Shown here: positions 1 to 14,676 of the stretch, in pieces
Numbering within the stretch: the first letter of the stretch is position 1
How the letters are laid out: the number at the start of each line of letters is the position of its first letter
From: Eledone cirrhosa
Taxonomy: Eukaryota
Assembly: GCA_964016885.1 (NCBI GenBank)
Contig: OZ024745.1
Location: 133,300,001-133,364,000 of the forward strand
DNA: 64,000 nucleotides
Direction: 5' to 3'
Translations under genes and position numbers: made by a program
The notes under the pieces: model-generated
Database searches by the model: none
The model's input: only the letters and a program-made list of their open reading frames with translations
Told to the model about the DNA's origin: nothing

Positions 1-1531
1 ATTATTCACTCACCATTACATTTAGTTATCGACCATGTTAAGAGCAAAAAATGACATTTTCTGTTTTTATTTCAATAGAGAAAAATATACAAAACAATCC
101 AAGATGCTTCTATATAATGCAAGGAAAAGTAATGTTTATTTTCCCCGATTATATTTCAAGGCATTTATATATCAGGTGTAAAAGTATTAATATCTCTCAT
201 TTACAAAATTTGTACAATTGTATTTCAATGCATGTTTTTCTCAGTTCGTCATCAATTAATAATCTTATATAATAATACTACACAAGAATAAATTCTGTCA
301 TACATACATAATTTTCACTGCGACGCGAAGAAAGAGAGTTAATCGTTATATTAATATAAGACGCGTATTAATATAAGTAGCGTATCATCATGTTAAAATG
401 ATTTAGCTAATTCTACATATATTCCTTATTTGACAATATATTTCCCGTTTATGTCATTATATCAGCACCTACTTAATGATCTTATGAAAGAATAAATTAA
501 GAAGCAGTTGTGTTGTTATGTCTTGGTACGACGAATAGTGGGGGATGGAATGAATTTCCGTCGGTTTCGATGATGAGTTTTCTAAATTCTCAGAAAATAG
601 AGTATATGACAAGGCTGGTCTTTTGAAGTATAGGTAGGGTCTATTTAAAGAGTCTCCAAATGTGTATGTATACCCAATTGCTAGCACACGTTGAGGAGAG
701 ACGCTAGGCTAATGTAGATTACACATATCACTGATACCACGAAGATTATTATTGCGAGGCAAAGTTCTTAGCCAGGTTCGAACGTTACGTCACTTGTTTT
801 ATGAGTATATTTTGAATAATATGTATCTTGAAACTTCTTAGTAAATAGAATAGTAGTATCTTTGAAGTGATATTTTATAAATTCTTACAATCGTCTGAAT
901 TATTACATAATCTGTAAATATCTTCGGATCCTGCACTAAAACCTGACGTATTCTAATATGAATTTCATTTCGAATTATATTTTGTAAAACAAAACTTTTA
1001 TCATAATATGATTGTTAAAATGAGTTGTTCTAATGCTCACGTGAATGCATGATATTAAATTTTTTTAAATAAATAAATAACATGGAAAACTTGCTGAAAA
1101 TATGTTTATATTGTTTTCTTTATCTTAGTTTCATTTAATTGTATGGTTTCTAAAGTAGTGTGCAATAAAATGTGCGATTGCAACCTCAAAATTAAAATAT
1201 AAATAAAAAAAAACAATATGTCTGACCTCTAGAGCAATGTAAATAAGAATATAACTCTGAAAGAAAATTAAGCGTTAGCAACATAATTTATATGGATCCC
1301 AGAGGAAATAAATTTTCATTTACTGAACGACATTGTTTGGAAATTATCTTTTCTTTATGGAAATTCATGTATGATGGAGCGTATCTTTTAGATTAAGTAT
1401 ATTAATGACATTCCAAAAAATAATCGGTTTCTCAAGAGTTGATAAATACACTAAGCTCACAAATGCACGGCTAATTGGATACAGGCCTAATCGTCGTTTT
1501 TATTTATTGACGCTGATAAATATTTTACATG

Positions 1532-1630
<99 letters not shown>

Positions 1631-2029
1631 AAAAAGGGATGAAATCGAAAATGCAACTGAAGTCTTATTTTTTTTTTAAATATATATATTTATTTGGTTC
1701 CTTTACCGGTTTCGCAGTTCTTCTGCTTTTCAAAAGGTGAGTTGAGATGGAGGGTCTGTGGTTTTTCTCACATCTGGTTGGTCTCTAAATGTTACTTGTT
1801 TTATATGGAAAAAGTGGCTCGAAAGCCAGGTTTTTCGAGAAGTAATTTGATTGGTTTGTCAATAATTATAATAAATTTCGCGCCAGTTCGCGTTACAATA
1901 GTTCTTCAAATAAGAGAGGGGGGGGGGGTTGTCACAGGTTGTTTTTCATATATGAGTGTTTGAATTTCTTTTTACTTGTAGACCAAGGCTACAGGACTCA
2001 CGACACCCGGTGGCCAAACCGATTTTGAA

Positions 2030-4278
2030 AAACCGAAAATAATTAACATTTCAAATACAAACCTCTCAGCCCAACAAGTAAAAATTCTCTCCAAAGGTCT
2101 GAAATTCACACCAACACCACAATATCCTAACCCCAACGAGATAAATGACGATATCTCACACTTCTGTAGAAAATTACGTCTCACAGAGGAATTCTTTGAC
2201 AAGGAGAATAACGACGAATCAATTGTACGGAATAAAAGCAGCTACAACCCAACAAAAGGTAGAAACAGAGTTCTGGACAAAGTTTGTGACCACATAGCTA
2301 CCTTCCCATACCATGAACTACCGCAACCTAAACCCAAACCCAACACAAGTTGAAGGGAATGGGAGATTATCCATGAACTAAAAAACAATCCGGACATTGT
2401 AATTAAGGAAGCGGACAAAGGAAGTACTGTTGTCATTATGGAGGCTGAAAAATATAAAAATTCTATGTTCTCTCTCTTACAAAATACTAATTACTATGAA
2501 AGAGTAAAAAACTACCAGCAATCAAAAATAATGACCAAATTAAACACACTGATTTATCGATACCAGGAAGACCTAACTAAAAAGGAACGCGATTATTTAA
2601 CAAATTTTGAATACAAAACCAGCAACCTTTACGGACTTCCGAAGATCCACAAATGTAAAATAATCAACGATGCCTGTAAACAATCCACCTCAGCCTGCGT
2701 GAACACACAATACCCCACATACCTTAAATTAAGACCAATTGTAGCGGGCCCACAATGTGAAACACACAGATTGAGCAACTTTATAGACATACTACTGAAA
2801 CCAATACTGAAACACATACCAAGCCTTGTAAGAGACGATCTGGACCTCTTAAACCACCTCCCCAAACATGTCAACAACGACACTATTATTGTGTCTTTCG
2901 ATGTAGTGAATCTCTACACAACGATCCCACACCAATACGGACTAGAAGCAATAGGATTCTGGCTAGAGAAATATCCCAATGAGATACCTGACAGAATAGA
3001 AAAAAGCTTCATCACCGAGGGATTAAAATTCATCCTACAGAACAACTTTTTTGATTTCGATGGCAATACTTACAAGCAAATATCGGGGACTGCGATGGGC
3101 ACAAAAGCCGCTCCAACTTATGCCAACTTAGTCATGGCATACTTAGAAGTCCAGATATATGAACAGTCCAAATCAAAATACGGATTGAACTTCCACAAAT
3201 ATTTATCAGAGAATTGGAAACGCTACTTGGATGATTGCCTCATTCTTTGGTCCCACACACTCGACCAACTGAAGGATTTCAAAAACTTAATAAACGGCAT
3301 CAATAACCACATCCAATTCACAATGGAATACAGCCAAGATCAACTCCCATTTCTGGACATCTTAATCACAAAAAAGACACAAATATCGAAACTGACATAC
3401 ACTACAAACCAACAGATTCCAAACAATATCTGCTATTCACCTCCAACCATCCAAAGCACACGAAGACGAACATTCCTTTTAACCTAGCAAGAAGAATTTG
3501 CACAATTGTCTCCAATTATGAAACGCGAAATAAAAGACTTCAAGAATTAAAGGAAATTCTACTTGAGAGAGAGTACCCACTATTACTAATAAATAATGGA
3601 ATAGAAAGGGCTAAAGCAATAGGCATTGATGAATTACGGAAACAGAAACAAATTCAAGGTACATCCAATATTCTATCATATATCTCAACACACAACCCAA
3701 GAAATGCGGAAGCTTACAACACTATTCACAATAACATCCCACTACTAAAACAAAACCCAAGAATGAAAAAAGCCCTTGAAACACACAAAATAATCAAAAG
3801 CAAAAGACAACCAAAATCACTGAAAACATTACTCACCAATGCCAAATTACCTACCACAAACCCACAACCAAGTATCAAAAAATGTGGTCGCTCTAATTGT
3901 GGAACCTGCACTCACCTCATTGAAGGCAACACGTATACATTTAAATCAGGACAAAATTTTACTGTAAAAAATCACTTCACTTGCTCATCAAAAAATCTGA
4001 TTTATGCCATTAAATGTAAAGGATGCAATGAAGATTATATAGGACAAACTAAACTCACACTCAGAAACAGAATGACAGTTCATCGCCAACAATTACGAGA
4101 TCCAACCACGAGACAGATAGCACTAAGTGCACATCTAGACATTTGCGCAAGTAATAAGACACCCAAATTCCAAGTCTTCCCATTTTACCTTTGCGCTAAC
4201 AATACAACAGAACAAATGCGAATAAATAAGGAAAATATGTTTATTCAAAAATATAGACCAACATTAAATAAGGTTTAA
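2030..4278 (+). pseudogene. PLE reverse transcriptase + GIY-YIG endonuclease ORF (one in-frame TGA at 2351, one frameshift near 3370-3376)
   Basis: Motifs LSKGLKFTPTP, IKEADKG, LYGLPKIHK, LRPIVA, SFDVVNLYT, GTAMGT, RYLDD, PFLDI; after the A-run frameshift HYKPTD..HP; linker CGRSNCGTC; NLIY...YIGQT..R (GIY-YIG); ends PTLNKV. Confidence 0.93.
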
Positions 4279-4439
4279 TATACATTATGTCAACACCACA
4301 ATATGACATACACACACACACATAACACCTTCTACTTTAGAAAATAAAAACCCGAACTAAATAAACCTTAACATACGTTTGCACTGGCAATACAACAGCA
4401 AACACGAAAAAGTCAGGAAAATATGTTCATTCAAAAATA

Positions 4440-5075
4440 TTCCTACTAAAGGAATCACTTTCCTACACACACACATACACACACACACAATATATATATA
4501 TATATATATGTTCTCTTCATCTTAACATGCTAACCATACTCCCACACACATAACACCCATACACACACATAACAACCCCCACACCTACAACTCCCTCCCC
4601 ATTTCTACTAATAGAACCACTTTCCTACACACATATATATATACACACACACAAAATATATATTCTCTCCATCTTAACATACTCGCACACACACACATAA
4701 CACCCATATACACACACACACAACTCCCTCCCCCATCTCTACTAATAGAATCATCTTCCTACTAAAGGAATCACTTTCCTACACACACACATACACACAC
4801 ACAATATATATATATATATATTCTCTTCATCTTAACATGCCAACCCTACTCCCACACACATAACACCCATACACACACATAACAATCCCCACACCTACAA
4901 CTCCCTCCCCATTTCTACTAATAGAACCACTTTCCTACACACATATATATATACACACACACAAAATATATATTCTCTCCATCTTAACATACTCGCACAC
5001 ACACACATAACACCCATATACACAAACACACAACTCCCTCCCCCATCTCTACTAATAGAATCATCTTCCAATACA
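4440..5075 (+). repeat. tandem duplication (about 315 bp unit x2, CA-rich subrepeats) in the PLE 3' UTR
   Basis: ttcctactaaaggaatcactttcctacacac begins units near 4440 and 4757. Confidence 0.85.
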
Positions 5076-5631
5076 CACATACACACACACACACACACAC
5101 ATACACACACACAAGCACACAAATAAACACATATCTTCAGTCTCAATAGAAAATGTGAACTCTGACACCTGAACTCTGACAGCTGGCCATATTCACTGAA
5201 CCAGAACATTTCTCCCAATCCCTTTTCCCTTGACCACTATCTCTCCATTGTCATAACATTCACTATAAAGACTACAGAATAGTTTTCCAAATAAGGGCGC
5301 AAAAATGTAATGAAAACTTGTTCACGTGACAGCCAAATTTCATTTATAACCAACCAAAAAAAAGCCTTCGTGAGCCTCATTATTTCCAGTAAAAAGAAAT
5401 TAAAACACTCATATATGAAAAAACAACCTGTGACAACCCCCCCCCCCCCCCTCTCTTATTTGAAGAACTATTGTAACGCAAACTGGCGCGAAATTTATTA
5501 TAATTATTGACAAACCAATCAAATTACTTCTCGAAAAACCTGGCTTTCGAGCCACTTTTTCCATATAAAACAAGTAACATTTAGAGACCAACCAGATGTG
5601 AGAAAAACCACAGACCCTCCATCTCAACTCA

Positions 5632-5669
5632 CCTTTTGAAAAGCAGAGGAACTGCGAAACCGGTAAAGG
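5632..5669 (+). ncRNA. minimal type I hammerhead-like motif with variant core (UUGAAAA) in the PLE pseudo-LTR
   Basis: cctt-TTGAAAA-gcag(aggaa)ctgc-GAAA-ccgg-TA-aagg: helices I and II pair, helix III is palindromic. Inverted copy at 1700-1737. Confidence 0.75.
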
Positions 5670-5806
5670 AACCAAATAAATATATATATTTTTAAAAAAA
5701 ATAAGACTTCAGTTGCATTTTCGATTTCATCCCTTTTTCTTTATACTTCCACTCGTGTAGGACACCTCGGTTATTTTTCATTTTGTAAAAAAAACCTCAC
5801 TTTCTA

Positions 5807-5844
<38 letters not shown>

Positions 5845-5909
5845 ATGGTGTTTACATATGCGTGTGTATATATATATATAAATATATAGGAGTAAGTAAG
5901 ACCCCTATA

Positions 5910-5944
<35 letters not shown>

Positions 5945-6141
5945 TTATTTATATATGTGTGTGTATGTATATATATATATGTATATATATATACACATAT
6001 ATATAAATAAATATATATATATTTATATGGTGTTTACGTATGTATATATGTATACATATGTGTATATATATGTATATATATATACATATATATATATACA
6101 CATATGTATACATATATACATATGTAAACACCATATACATA

Positions 6142-6173
<32 letters not shown>

Positions 6174-7028
6174 GTATTAAAGAGAAAACACAGGTAAGCA
6201 TTAAGAGAAGGATTTTATCCAGGTATTTACGACCGTTTCATTGGTAAGTGCAACCTTCTATTGCTATACTGCAAATAGTAGCCACTCAATTATAATTGTT
6301 GTTCACAGTCCAAATTTTCAAAATAGTAAGTTACTCTTGAATATATAGAGAAAAACATTTATTTGGAATTGAATTTACTAGTATAGAGAGAGAGGAATCA
6401 GAAGGTGAGGGGACAAACGGAATAGTATATATATATCTCCCCCCCCCTCTCTCTCTCCTTCTCTATCCATCCCTCCCACTATGATCAATGTAATTCTCTT
6501 TAACTCACTACATTCCACGACATGAAGTCTGCTATCAAAACTGACCAAAGAATCCTTCCACCTCTACTCCTCCATCCATCTCAGTTTGTCACTCTACTTC
6601 CTACCTCTTCCCCTTCCTCTCTCTCTATACTATTCCATTTGTCCCCCCACCTTCTGATTCCTCTCTCTATATACTAGTAAATTCAATTCCAAATAAATGT
6701 TTTTCTCTATATATTAAGAATTATTTCAAGAGTAACTTACAATTTTGAAAATTTGGACTGTGAACAACAATTATAATTGAGTGGCTGCTATTTGCAGTAT
6801 AGCAATATAAGGTTGCACTTACCAATGAAACGGTCGTAAATACCTGGATAAAATCCTTCTCTTAATGCTTACCTGTGTTTTATCTTTTATTCTTTATACT
6901 CCAAGATTGAACGGAACTCTTACAATCTTGTGGAGTTACCCCTAACTGTATGTTGAAACCATCCATGAAACTGGCTTTCTTAACCAAGAACTGGATCACA
7001 ATAAGCAATTTTTTGCTTCTCTAACTAC
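6174..7028 (+). mobile_element. non-coding inverted-arm + tail element (family C), probable PLE 3' end
   Basis: About 6177-6430 is inverted relative to about 6625-6890; tail to 7028; (TA)n flanks; GAAA-CGGTCG-TA at 6827-6838. Confidence 0.75.
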
Positions 7029-7132
7029 ATATATATATATACATATGTATACATATATATATACATATACGTGTATATATATATATACATATATATATAC
7101 ATATATATATACATATATATATACATATACAC

Positions 7133-7186
<54 letters not shown>

Positions 7187-7251
7187 GTATACATATATAT
7201 GTATATATATATGTGTATATATATGTATATATATATGTATATATATATATG

Positions 7252-7372
<121 letters not shown>

Positions 7373-7476
7373 TAATGTATATTATATATATGTATATATT
7401 AATTCTGGCAATATTACACGAATATGACCCTCCCCAAGTATAACAATATATATATATGTATATATATATATATGTT

Positions 7477-7592
<116 letters not shown>

Positions 7593-7665
7593 CATATATA
7601 TACACATATGTATACATATATACATACGTAAACACCATATAAATATATATATATATATTTAGTTA

Positions 7666-7741
<76 letters not shown>

Positions 7742-7786
7742 TATTTATATACATACACATATATAAATAAATATATATATAAATAA

Positions 7787-7818
<32 letters not shown>

Positions 7819-7861
7819 ACACACACGCATATGTAAACACCATACACACAGACACACACAC

Positions 7862-7896
<35 letters not shown>

Positions 7897-7972
7897 CATA
7901 CGTGTAAAAGAAAGAGAAGACGAATATCGGTGGCCGAGGTGATACACTGTTTATATATGCCGTTTACATATG

Positions 7973-8055
<83 letters not shown>

Positions 8056-8116
8056 ATATTTATATATATGTATATGTATATATATATATATGTATATATA
8101 TATGTATATATATATG

Positions 8117-8176
<60 letters not shown>

Positions 8177-8481
8177 TATATACATTTCAACCAGGTTTGA
8201 TGGTCTTTATTCTCTCGTTCACGATTTCACCGAATTTAAATTCATAGAAATCTGGGACTCGTCTCTTTCTTCATCACTTTCTGTTGCTTCACCATTTTGT
8301 TTGTTTACCCTCGCGTCCCCTTTATTTACATGTCCCAACGACTTTTTTTAGCCGTTGCTCGCACCAACCGGAGGTATATTGTCTTTAAAGCGATGAAATG
8401 CCTATGATGGTTGGAAGACCACTGATGAAGGACAAACATTTTTCATATGTAACCCATTTGCAACTCCGCAGCGTCCTTATT

Positions 8482-8780
<299 letters not shown>

Positions 8781-8864
8781 ATATATATATATATACATAT
8801 ATATATATACATATATATATACATATATATATACATATATATATATACATATACATATATATAA

Positions 8865-8946
<82 letters not shown>

Positions 8947-8948
<2 letters not shown>

Positions 8949-9820
8949 AAGGCGGGTAAAATTCCCGAGATCTATGGACGAGTTCTCTCCAGCGGTCTCT
9001 GTCCCTCATTATCGCTGCCATATCCTGCATCTCCAACAGACCAGTGTCTGTCCTTAGGGCATCAACATATGTTAACCTTGGTCTTCCTCTTCTAGTGTGT
9101 CCATGTAGGGGCTCCCAAAGGAGCACTGTGTGCAATGTCAACTCTGGATGTCGGTGAACATGTCCAGCCAACCTCAGTCTCCTCTGTGTCACTTTTGAGC
9201 TGACTTTTGGGATGCTCCCATACAGCTCTGAGTTTTTCATCCTCAGTGTATACTGATTAATGTTCAGAGCCATCCTCAGCATTCTCGTGTAGCACCCATC
9301 CACCATCTGAGTGAGTCTCTTGGTCAGTGTCCAAGTCTCAGACCCATACAGCAGCACAGACTCCACTACAGCAATGAAGAGGCGGATTTTCAGGTCTCTA
9401 CGAAGGTCCGACTTCCACACCGATCTCAAGCTGTGACACGCCGCCCAGGCCTTGCTCTTCCTCTCAACCACATCATCTTCCGTATTCCCAATCTTTGCTC
9501 CCAAATAAAGGAAGTCCTCAACCAATTCCAGCGGCTTCCTGCCTACATTAGTGATCCCCTCTGGCTTCTCAACATTCTCTACCAGATATTTTGTTTTAGT
9601 CTCATTCATTCTCAGCCCCACACTCATCGACACAGTCTCAACCTCCCGCATCAAATCCTCTGCCTCCTTCACTGTATTTGTCACCAAAACTATGTCGTCG
9701 GCAAATTCAGCATCCGATACCTTTTTCGCCCCAACTCTCCTGCTCTGAGCCGGTGCTACAGTAAAGCCAGAGTCCTGGTGTTTCTCCAGTGCAAGGCGCA
9801 TACAATAGTCCACTACGATG
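8947..9820 (-). mobile_element. RTE-clade LINE, 5'-truncated, open RT C-terminal frame (288 aa)
   Basis: EFADD, GLRMNETKTK, FLYLG, VLLYGSETW, RRLRLAGHV, RGRPRLT, DRDRWR motifs; (TA)n on both sides. Confidence 0.93.
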
Positions 9821-9833
9821 ATAAAAAGGTATA

Positions 9834-9901
<68 letters not shown>

Positions 9902-9906
9902 TATAA

Positions 9907-10200
9907 ATTAGCAAGAATCGAATTTCATCTCAGGAATTAACGAAAAACACTTCCGAGTTGTGTGGCAAGCGCTCGATAATTCATATGAATTAGAGCTACA
10001 ACATACGTTAAGGGCCAAACACACTGAGATGGTGGTGAAACTAATCATCCGCACAGCGAAAAAAACGATCAAGTAATTCGGGTCAAGCAAATATAAAAAT
10101 ATAAAAATATATAAAAATATACATGATTGAAAATTTACCCGGACCCCTGGAGGGATGGTAAAATCCAGTATTTGGGTTTCTGCGGCTCCATAAGTCAATT
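9907..10200. repeat. (TA)n-embedded interspersed repeat, second copy at 25631-25828
   Basis: About 200 bp shared (attagc.agaatcg...aagtaattcgggtcaa). Confidence 0.75.
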
Positions 10201-10524
10201 AATGTCCGCTTACATAAAGTATGTTAGGCTTCTGGTAAGATGACTGAACAAGGAAGTCACGTTATCAACAGGTTTCTGCTCAATGCTATACATAAATGTG
10301 TCTATTACTGACCCCACGTGGAGTTCAGAAAGGGAGGCAACATCTATATTAGGCCCAATGAATTCAGTTGTGTATAATATTGCGAAAATGCAAAATATCA
10401 CAAATCTAATAAAGCTCTCGACAGAATGGTTAAATATAACAAAGCTATTCATCAGTCAATAGAATCAACCAAAAAAATCGATAAAATTAACTGCTCAATA
10501 GCTAGACTCTGGAGATTAATACAA

Positions 10525-10588
<64 letters not shown>

Positions 10589-11439
10589 GTAAACGGCATA
10601 TATAAACAGTGTATCACCTCGGCCACCGATATTCGTTTACTCTTTAGCACTAAATTACAATCTTAATGTTCGCTTTCATAAGAAGGTATGAATGAATCTC
10701 ATACATATTTCGGAATTGATTTAGCCAGTAAGTGTTGCAAGATTATCTAAGATGCCAACAAATGTAAAGATGTCTATGTTGAGCTGATTAAAGTGAGCCA
10801 ACCGCAAGTTCTACCCTCACATGATGCTCTCTTACAGGAACATCAACAAATATATAATTGATCATGCCCCTTCCTTAAAAAAAAACCGTTAAAATGATGG
10901 TTATGGATAATATCAAAGGAGATTGTAATTAACAGCAGCATCAGTAGAATATGTAAGAGGGTATGGTCAGATCCATGCACTGTCTTCCAGGAATTTGAAA
11001 GCCATAATACCAGAAGTCATCTTGTTGATTCGACCAATGTGTGGACAATTGAAAGTAACAAAAGGAATTAATATATTGTAAGAATTCCTACGTTCTGCAG
11101 TTTTTATAACAACCATATGTTAAATTATGAAACGCCAAAACAGAAATGTTTAAACATTTTCTTACGAATGATATTCCATTATCAGATCAACATATCTTCA
11201 TTCCCCTCAGGTTCACTCCATTTCTGATTATGAGAGTGACGAAAGGGTTTCACTAATGTTTTATTGGAATCTTATATCCTGGGTTGTGATGTCGTTGTAT
11301 AGAGACAACTATATATATACAATAGTCTTTCACACAGCTTTCCACTAACAAATTGTTCCCTGGAGAGCTATAGAATTACAGTAGAAGCCATTACATACAA
11401 TATAATCAATAAACAATACGGCCAAAATATACGGCGTAC

Positions 11440-11615
11440 CGGCGAGGCTATGAAGTTTCCTAGAGTGGGGATGTCATTATATTAATTAAAGGTTTTGAGA
11501 AGGATGAAAATCAAATTTGTTCTTGTCGAGATTTGAACATATAAAATACAGATATGGACGTAAATCACGCAAGTCATTTTGTACAAGACCTCACTTTTTC
11601 TGACGTTGCGCCACC
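11440..11615 (-). mobile_element. degenerate tRNA-derived SINE
   Basis: Weak similarity (aaggatgaaaa...gagatttgaac) to the SINE family at 23647. Confidence 0.45.
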
Positions 11616-13330
11616 TTTACTACAATATTGATATATAATTAATGGAAGATATAGGGAGAGGATTGAAAAACAGTATGTAGAACATTGCAGTATTTTGTCA
11701 TATCTCATTACGTTCTGAGTAAAAAATATCTTAATGTTGTATAGGCGTTTATTTCGACGTTGCTAATATATAAGACCCTTTAATATTTGCATGTTCATTC
11801 AAATATCTACACTTTTTATATATGTAATTATTTATGTAATCGCAAATATTTCACTACCTATTTTCAGTAACCAGATAAAACTCCTATTAAGTCATATTCC
11901 CCATGGCAGCCACTTCATGTAACTGAAAATATATGTCAGAAAAGCTGGATGGCACGCAATCCTATGTAATTCCATTATATGGTTGTTACTTTCTGCTACG
12001 TAAAGCCGAACTATTATATAAAGCAAATTTTAAAAGTGTATTTCATTGATGATTGAATCAATTATGATTGGAGTTTGAATAGAGATTCTAAATAAAGATT
12101 AATATAGCATCAAACGTGTTATACAACATGTGAAGAAATTAAAACTATTTAAACCACATATTTTATAAGTACAAGATTGAAACTCGAAAATTTTACTGTA
12201 ATATCAGACTAATTGAAGTGATGACGAATAATGTCTAATTTCACCCAGAAACAGGTATATTTTGCTCATTTCTCTCCCAAACTACAAGTGTAATCAGGTG
12301 ATTCTCTAATTAAATTTTATGTATAACCAATAAAATGTCTGTAATTGCTAATTTCAAACACATTTCCTGCAATTCTAGTTAGTATGAAATCTTAACTGCC
12401 TGAGAATCTCAGTTCAACTATTGCTTATACGAACAAACTTTTAAAATCAGTGAAGGGAATAGGGAAAGATAGTTTGCCATTTATTATAAAACAAGCTGAA
12501 GATAAAATGACTTCAAGTAAAGAATTGGATTAATGGTCAAATAGAAGAAAAAGTTTGAAATTAACTTCGCTGCCGTTGTTATTAAAATATTATTGTCACT
12601 GTCGTGGTCGTCGTTGTCGAAATCCTCATTAACCGATGACTATTCTCATCATCACTATTATACTAGAGTAAACATGTAAAAATCTGCTCAGAAGTATAAT
12701 CTGCTTTTAATGCCTTTAACAACAGAAAAGGTAATCAAATAAACCTAGTTATAAATAAGGAGCAAATTTTAATGTTAAATTTCGTATTACTTCAAGCTAC
12801 GTTCTAATTTTATTGAATCTAAATTCTATTAGCTAATTGAATTTCCATCTAAACTTAATTAGAGGAATAATCATGCCTATTGCAAAAGAAAGTGTTTCGT
12901 TAAAACGCCCACCCTGCCTATATGTCCACATATGATTATATACGGAGATACTAATGTAAGATAAATGAAATACATAACCGGATTTCTCTACTCATTTTCT
13001 TATTCCATAGGAAATAAATACATCATCAATCAAAAGTTTTCTCATACAATTTTATACAGATCAATAGCAAATAATCGATTGTGGGATGTTTGCTTCTTAA
13101 GTTACTTTCTAAAATGGTATGATACCGTAGTTTGCTAACGTTGATTCAACAGCGGTGGCTCCTTATTTAACGACAGCGGCAATTATTTCAGAAATCAGTG
13201 ACACGGTGAACGGTAGATCAAACGAGTGGAGAAAAACATAGGACAATCTCTCTCACTCTCTCTCACTCTCTCTCACTCTCTCTCTCAGCGGGACTGGACT
13301 AATCTTCTTTAACCATTATTATTATTATTA

Positions 13331-13985
13331 CAGTTGCATTTATCTTGCTTTATGTTCCTACGAGTTATCACCAAGTCACAACCAGTGACCTCAAGAGACA
13401 ACAAGGTCCGCCATGTTCAAGAAAGAACATACACACACACACATGTATCTTTAGGAGTTTAGACTTGTGATGTACTTATATTGACAGAATCTTCCTTAGT
13501 ATATGGGCAGTTCCCATTAGTACTATCTTTTGTATTTCTCCTATACACGGGTTTCCTGGGATTTGCGATAAGTAATCATTAGACCCCTTAGGTATCATTC
13601 CTAGAGCGCCTACAACCACTGGTATTGTTTTAGTTCTCAACTTCCACATTTTTCCAATTTCTATCTCCAGGTCTTTATACTTGCTCAATTTTTCAAACGT
13701 TTTTATAAGTACATTCTTGTCTATTGGAACGGACATATCAATTAGCAGGCATACCCTCTTTTTAAAGTCATTCAGTATTATATCAGGTCTATTTGCATCT
13801 ATTTTTCGGTCTGTTTGGATGCTAAAGTTCCACAAGATTGAGATGTGATCTTTTACAAGTACGGGAGGTGGTTGATGCTCCCACCAATTCTTTTGATGGG
13901 GCAGGTCAAAATGCTTACACATTATCCAATGTATGTATTGTGCAGCTCTGTCGTGCCTGTTTAGGTATTCGGTTGGAGCTATAGG
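13331..13985 (-). mobile_element. Dong/R4-like non-LTR element 3' end (restriction-like endonuclease) in (TAA)n
   Basis: RHDRAAQYIHW, WWEHQP, ILWNFSIQTD, NRPDI, LIDMSVP, EKLSKYKDL, IPVVVGALG; TAA/ATT repeats on both sides. Confidence 0.9.
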
Positions 13986-14340
13986 ACTGCATTATTATTA
14001 TTATTATTATTATTTTTATTTTCTTTCATTATTGTTTCTGAGATATATGCCGAGTGTCTTCCTGACACCTAGGGCAAATAAATTCACAGTGTACATTGGT
14101 AAGCCAGTTAATACAGCACATTGATTATAATTATAAAAACCAACACAAAACAGTATACATATATACACATGTGCATATGCATATGTAAATACAAGGAGTT
14201 ATTATTATTAGTATTGTTCTTTGAGTCTCAGTCATTGATGTTAGTTAACTGGAAAGTCTATTGAAATGAATATCAAGCCACTACCTGCAGGCTCAGATAT
14301 TCTTATTCTTCTTCTTCTTATTATTATTATTATTATTATT

Positions 14341-14497
14341 ACAGTTGCATTTATCTTGCTTTATGTTCATACGAGTTATCACTAAGTCACAACCAGTGAC
14401 CTCAAGAGACAACAAGGTCCGCCATGTTCAAGGAAAAACATACATACTCACACATGCATCTTTAGTGTGTGATGTACTTATATTGACAGAATCTTCC

Positions 14498-14500
<3 letters not shown>
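14341..14500 (-). mobile_element. second, very short copy of the same Dong/R4 3' end
   Basis: Near-identical to 13331-13498; embedded in (ATT)n. Confidence 0.88.
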
Positions 14501-14543
<43 letters not shown>

Positions 14544-14569
14544 TAAATCTCTCTCTCTCTCTCTCTCTC

Positions 14570-14676
<107 letters not shown>

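Larger units (their letters stand above)
1624..5807 (+). mobile_element. Penelope-like retroelement (Neptune-like), 5'-truncated, with inverted pseudo-LTR and 3' tail, inserted in (TA)n
   Basis: RT plus GIY-YIG coding region; 1624-1976 is the reverse complement of 5388-5745; unique tail 5746-5807; (TA)n on both sides. Confidence 0.95.

Noticed and set aside
1694-1963. Duplicated ORF (also 5409-5675 minus) as a small gene
   Set aside because: It is an antisense reading of the non-coding pseudo-LTR inverted repeat.
2351-2353. Programmed read-through of the TGA in the Neptune-like ORF
   Set aside because: It lies in a variable region and a single point mutation explains it.
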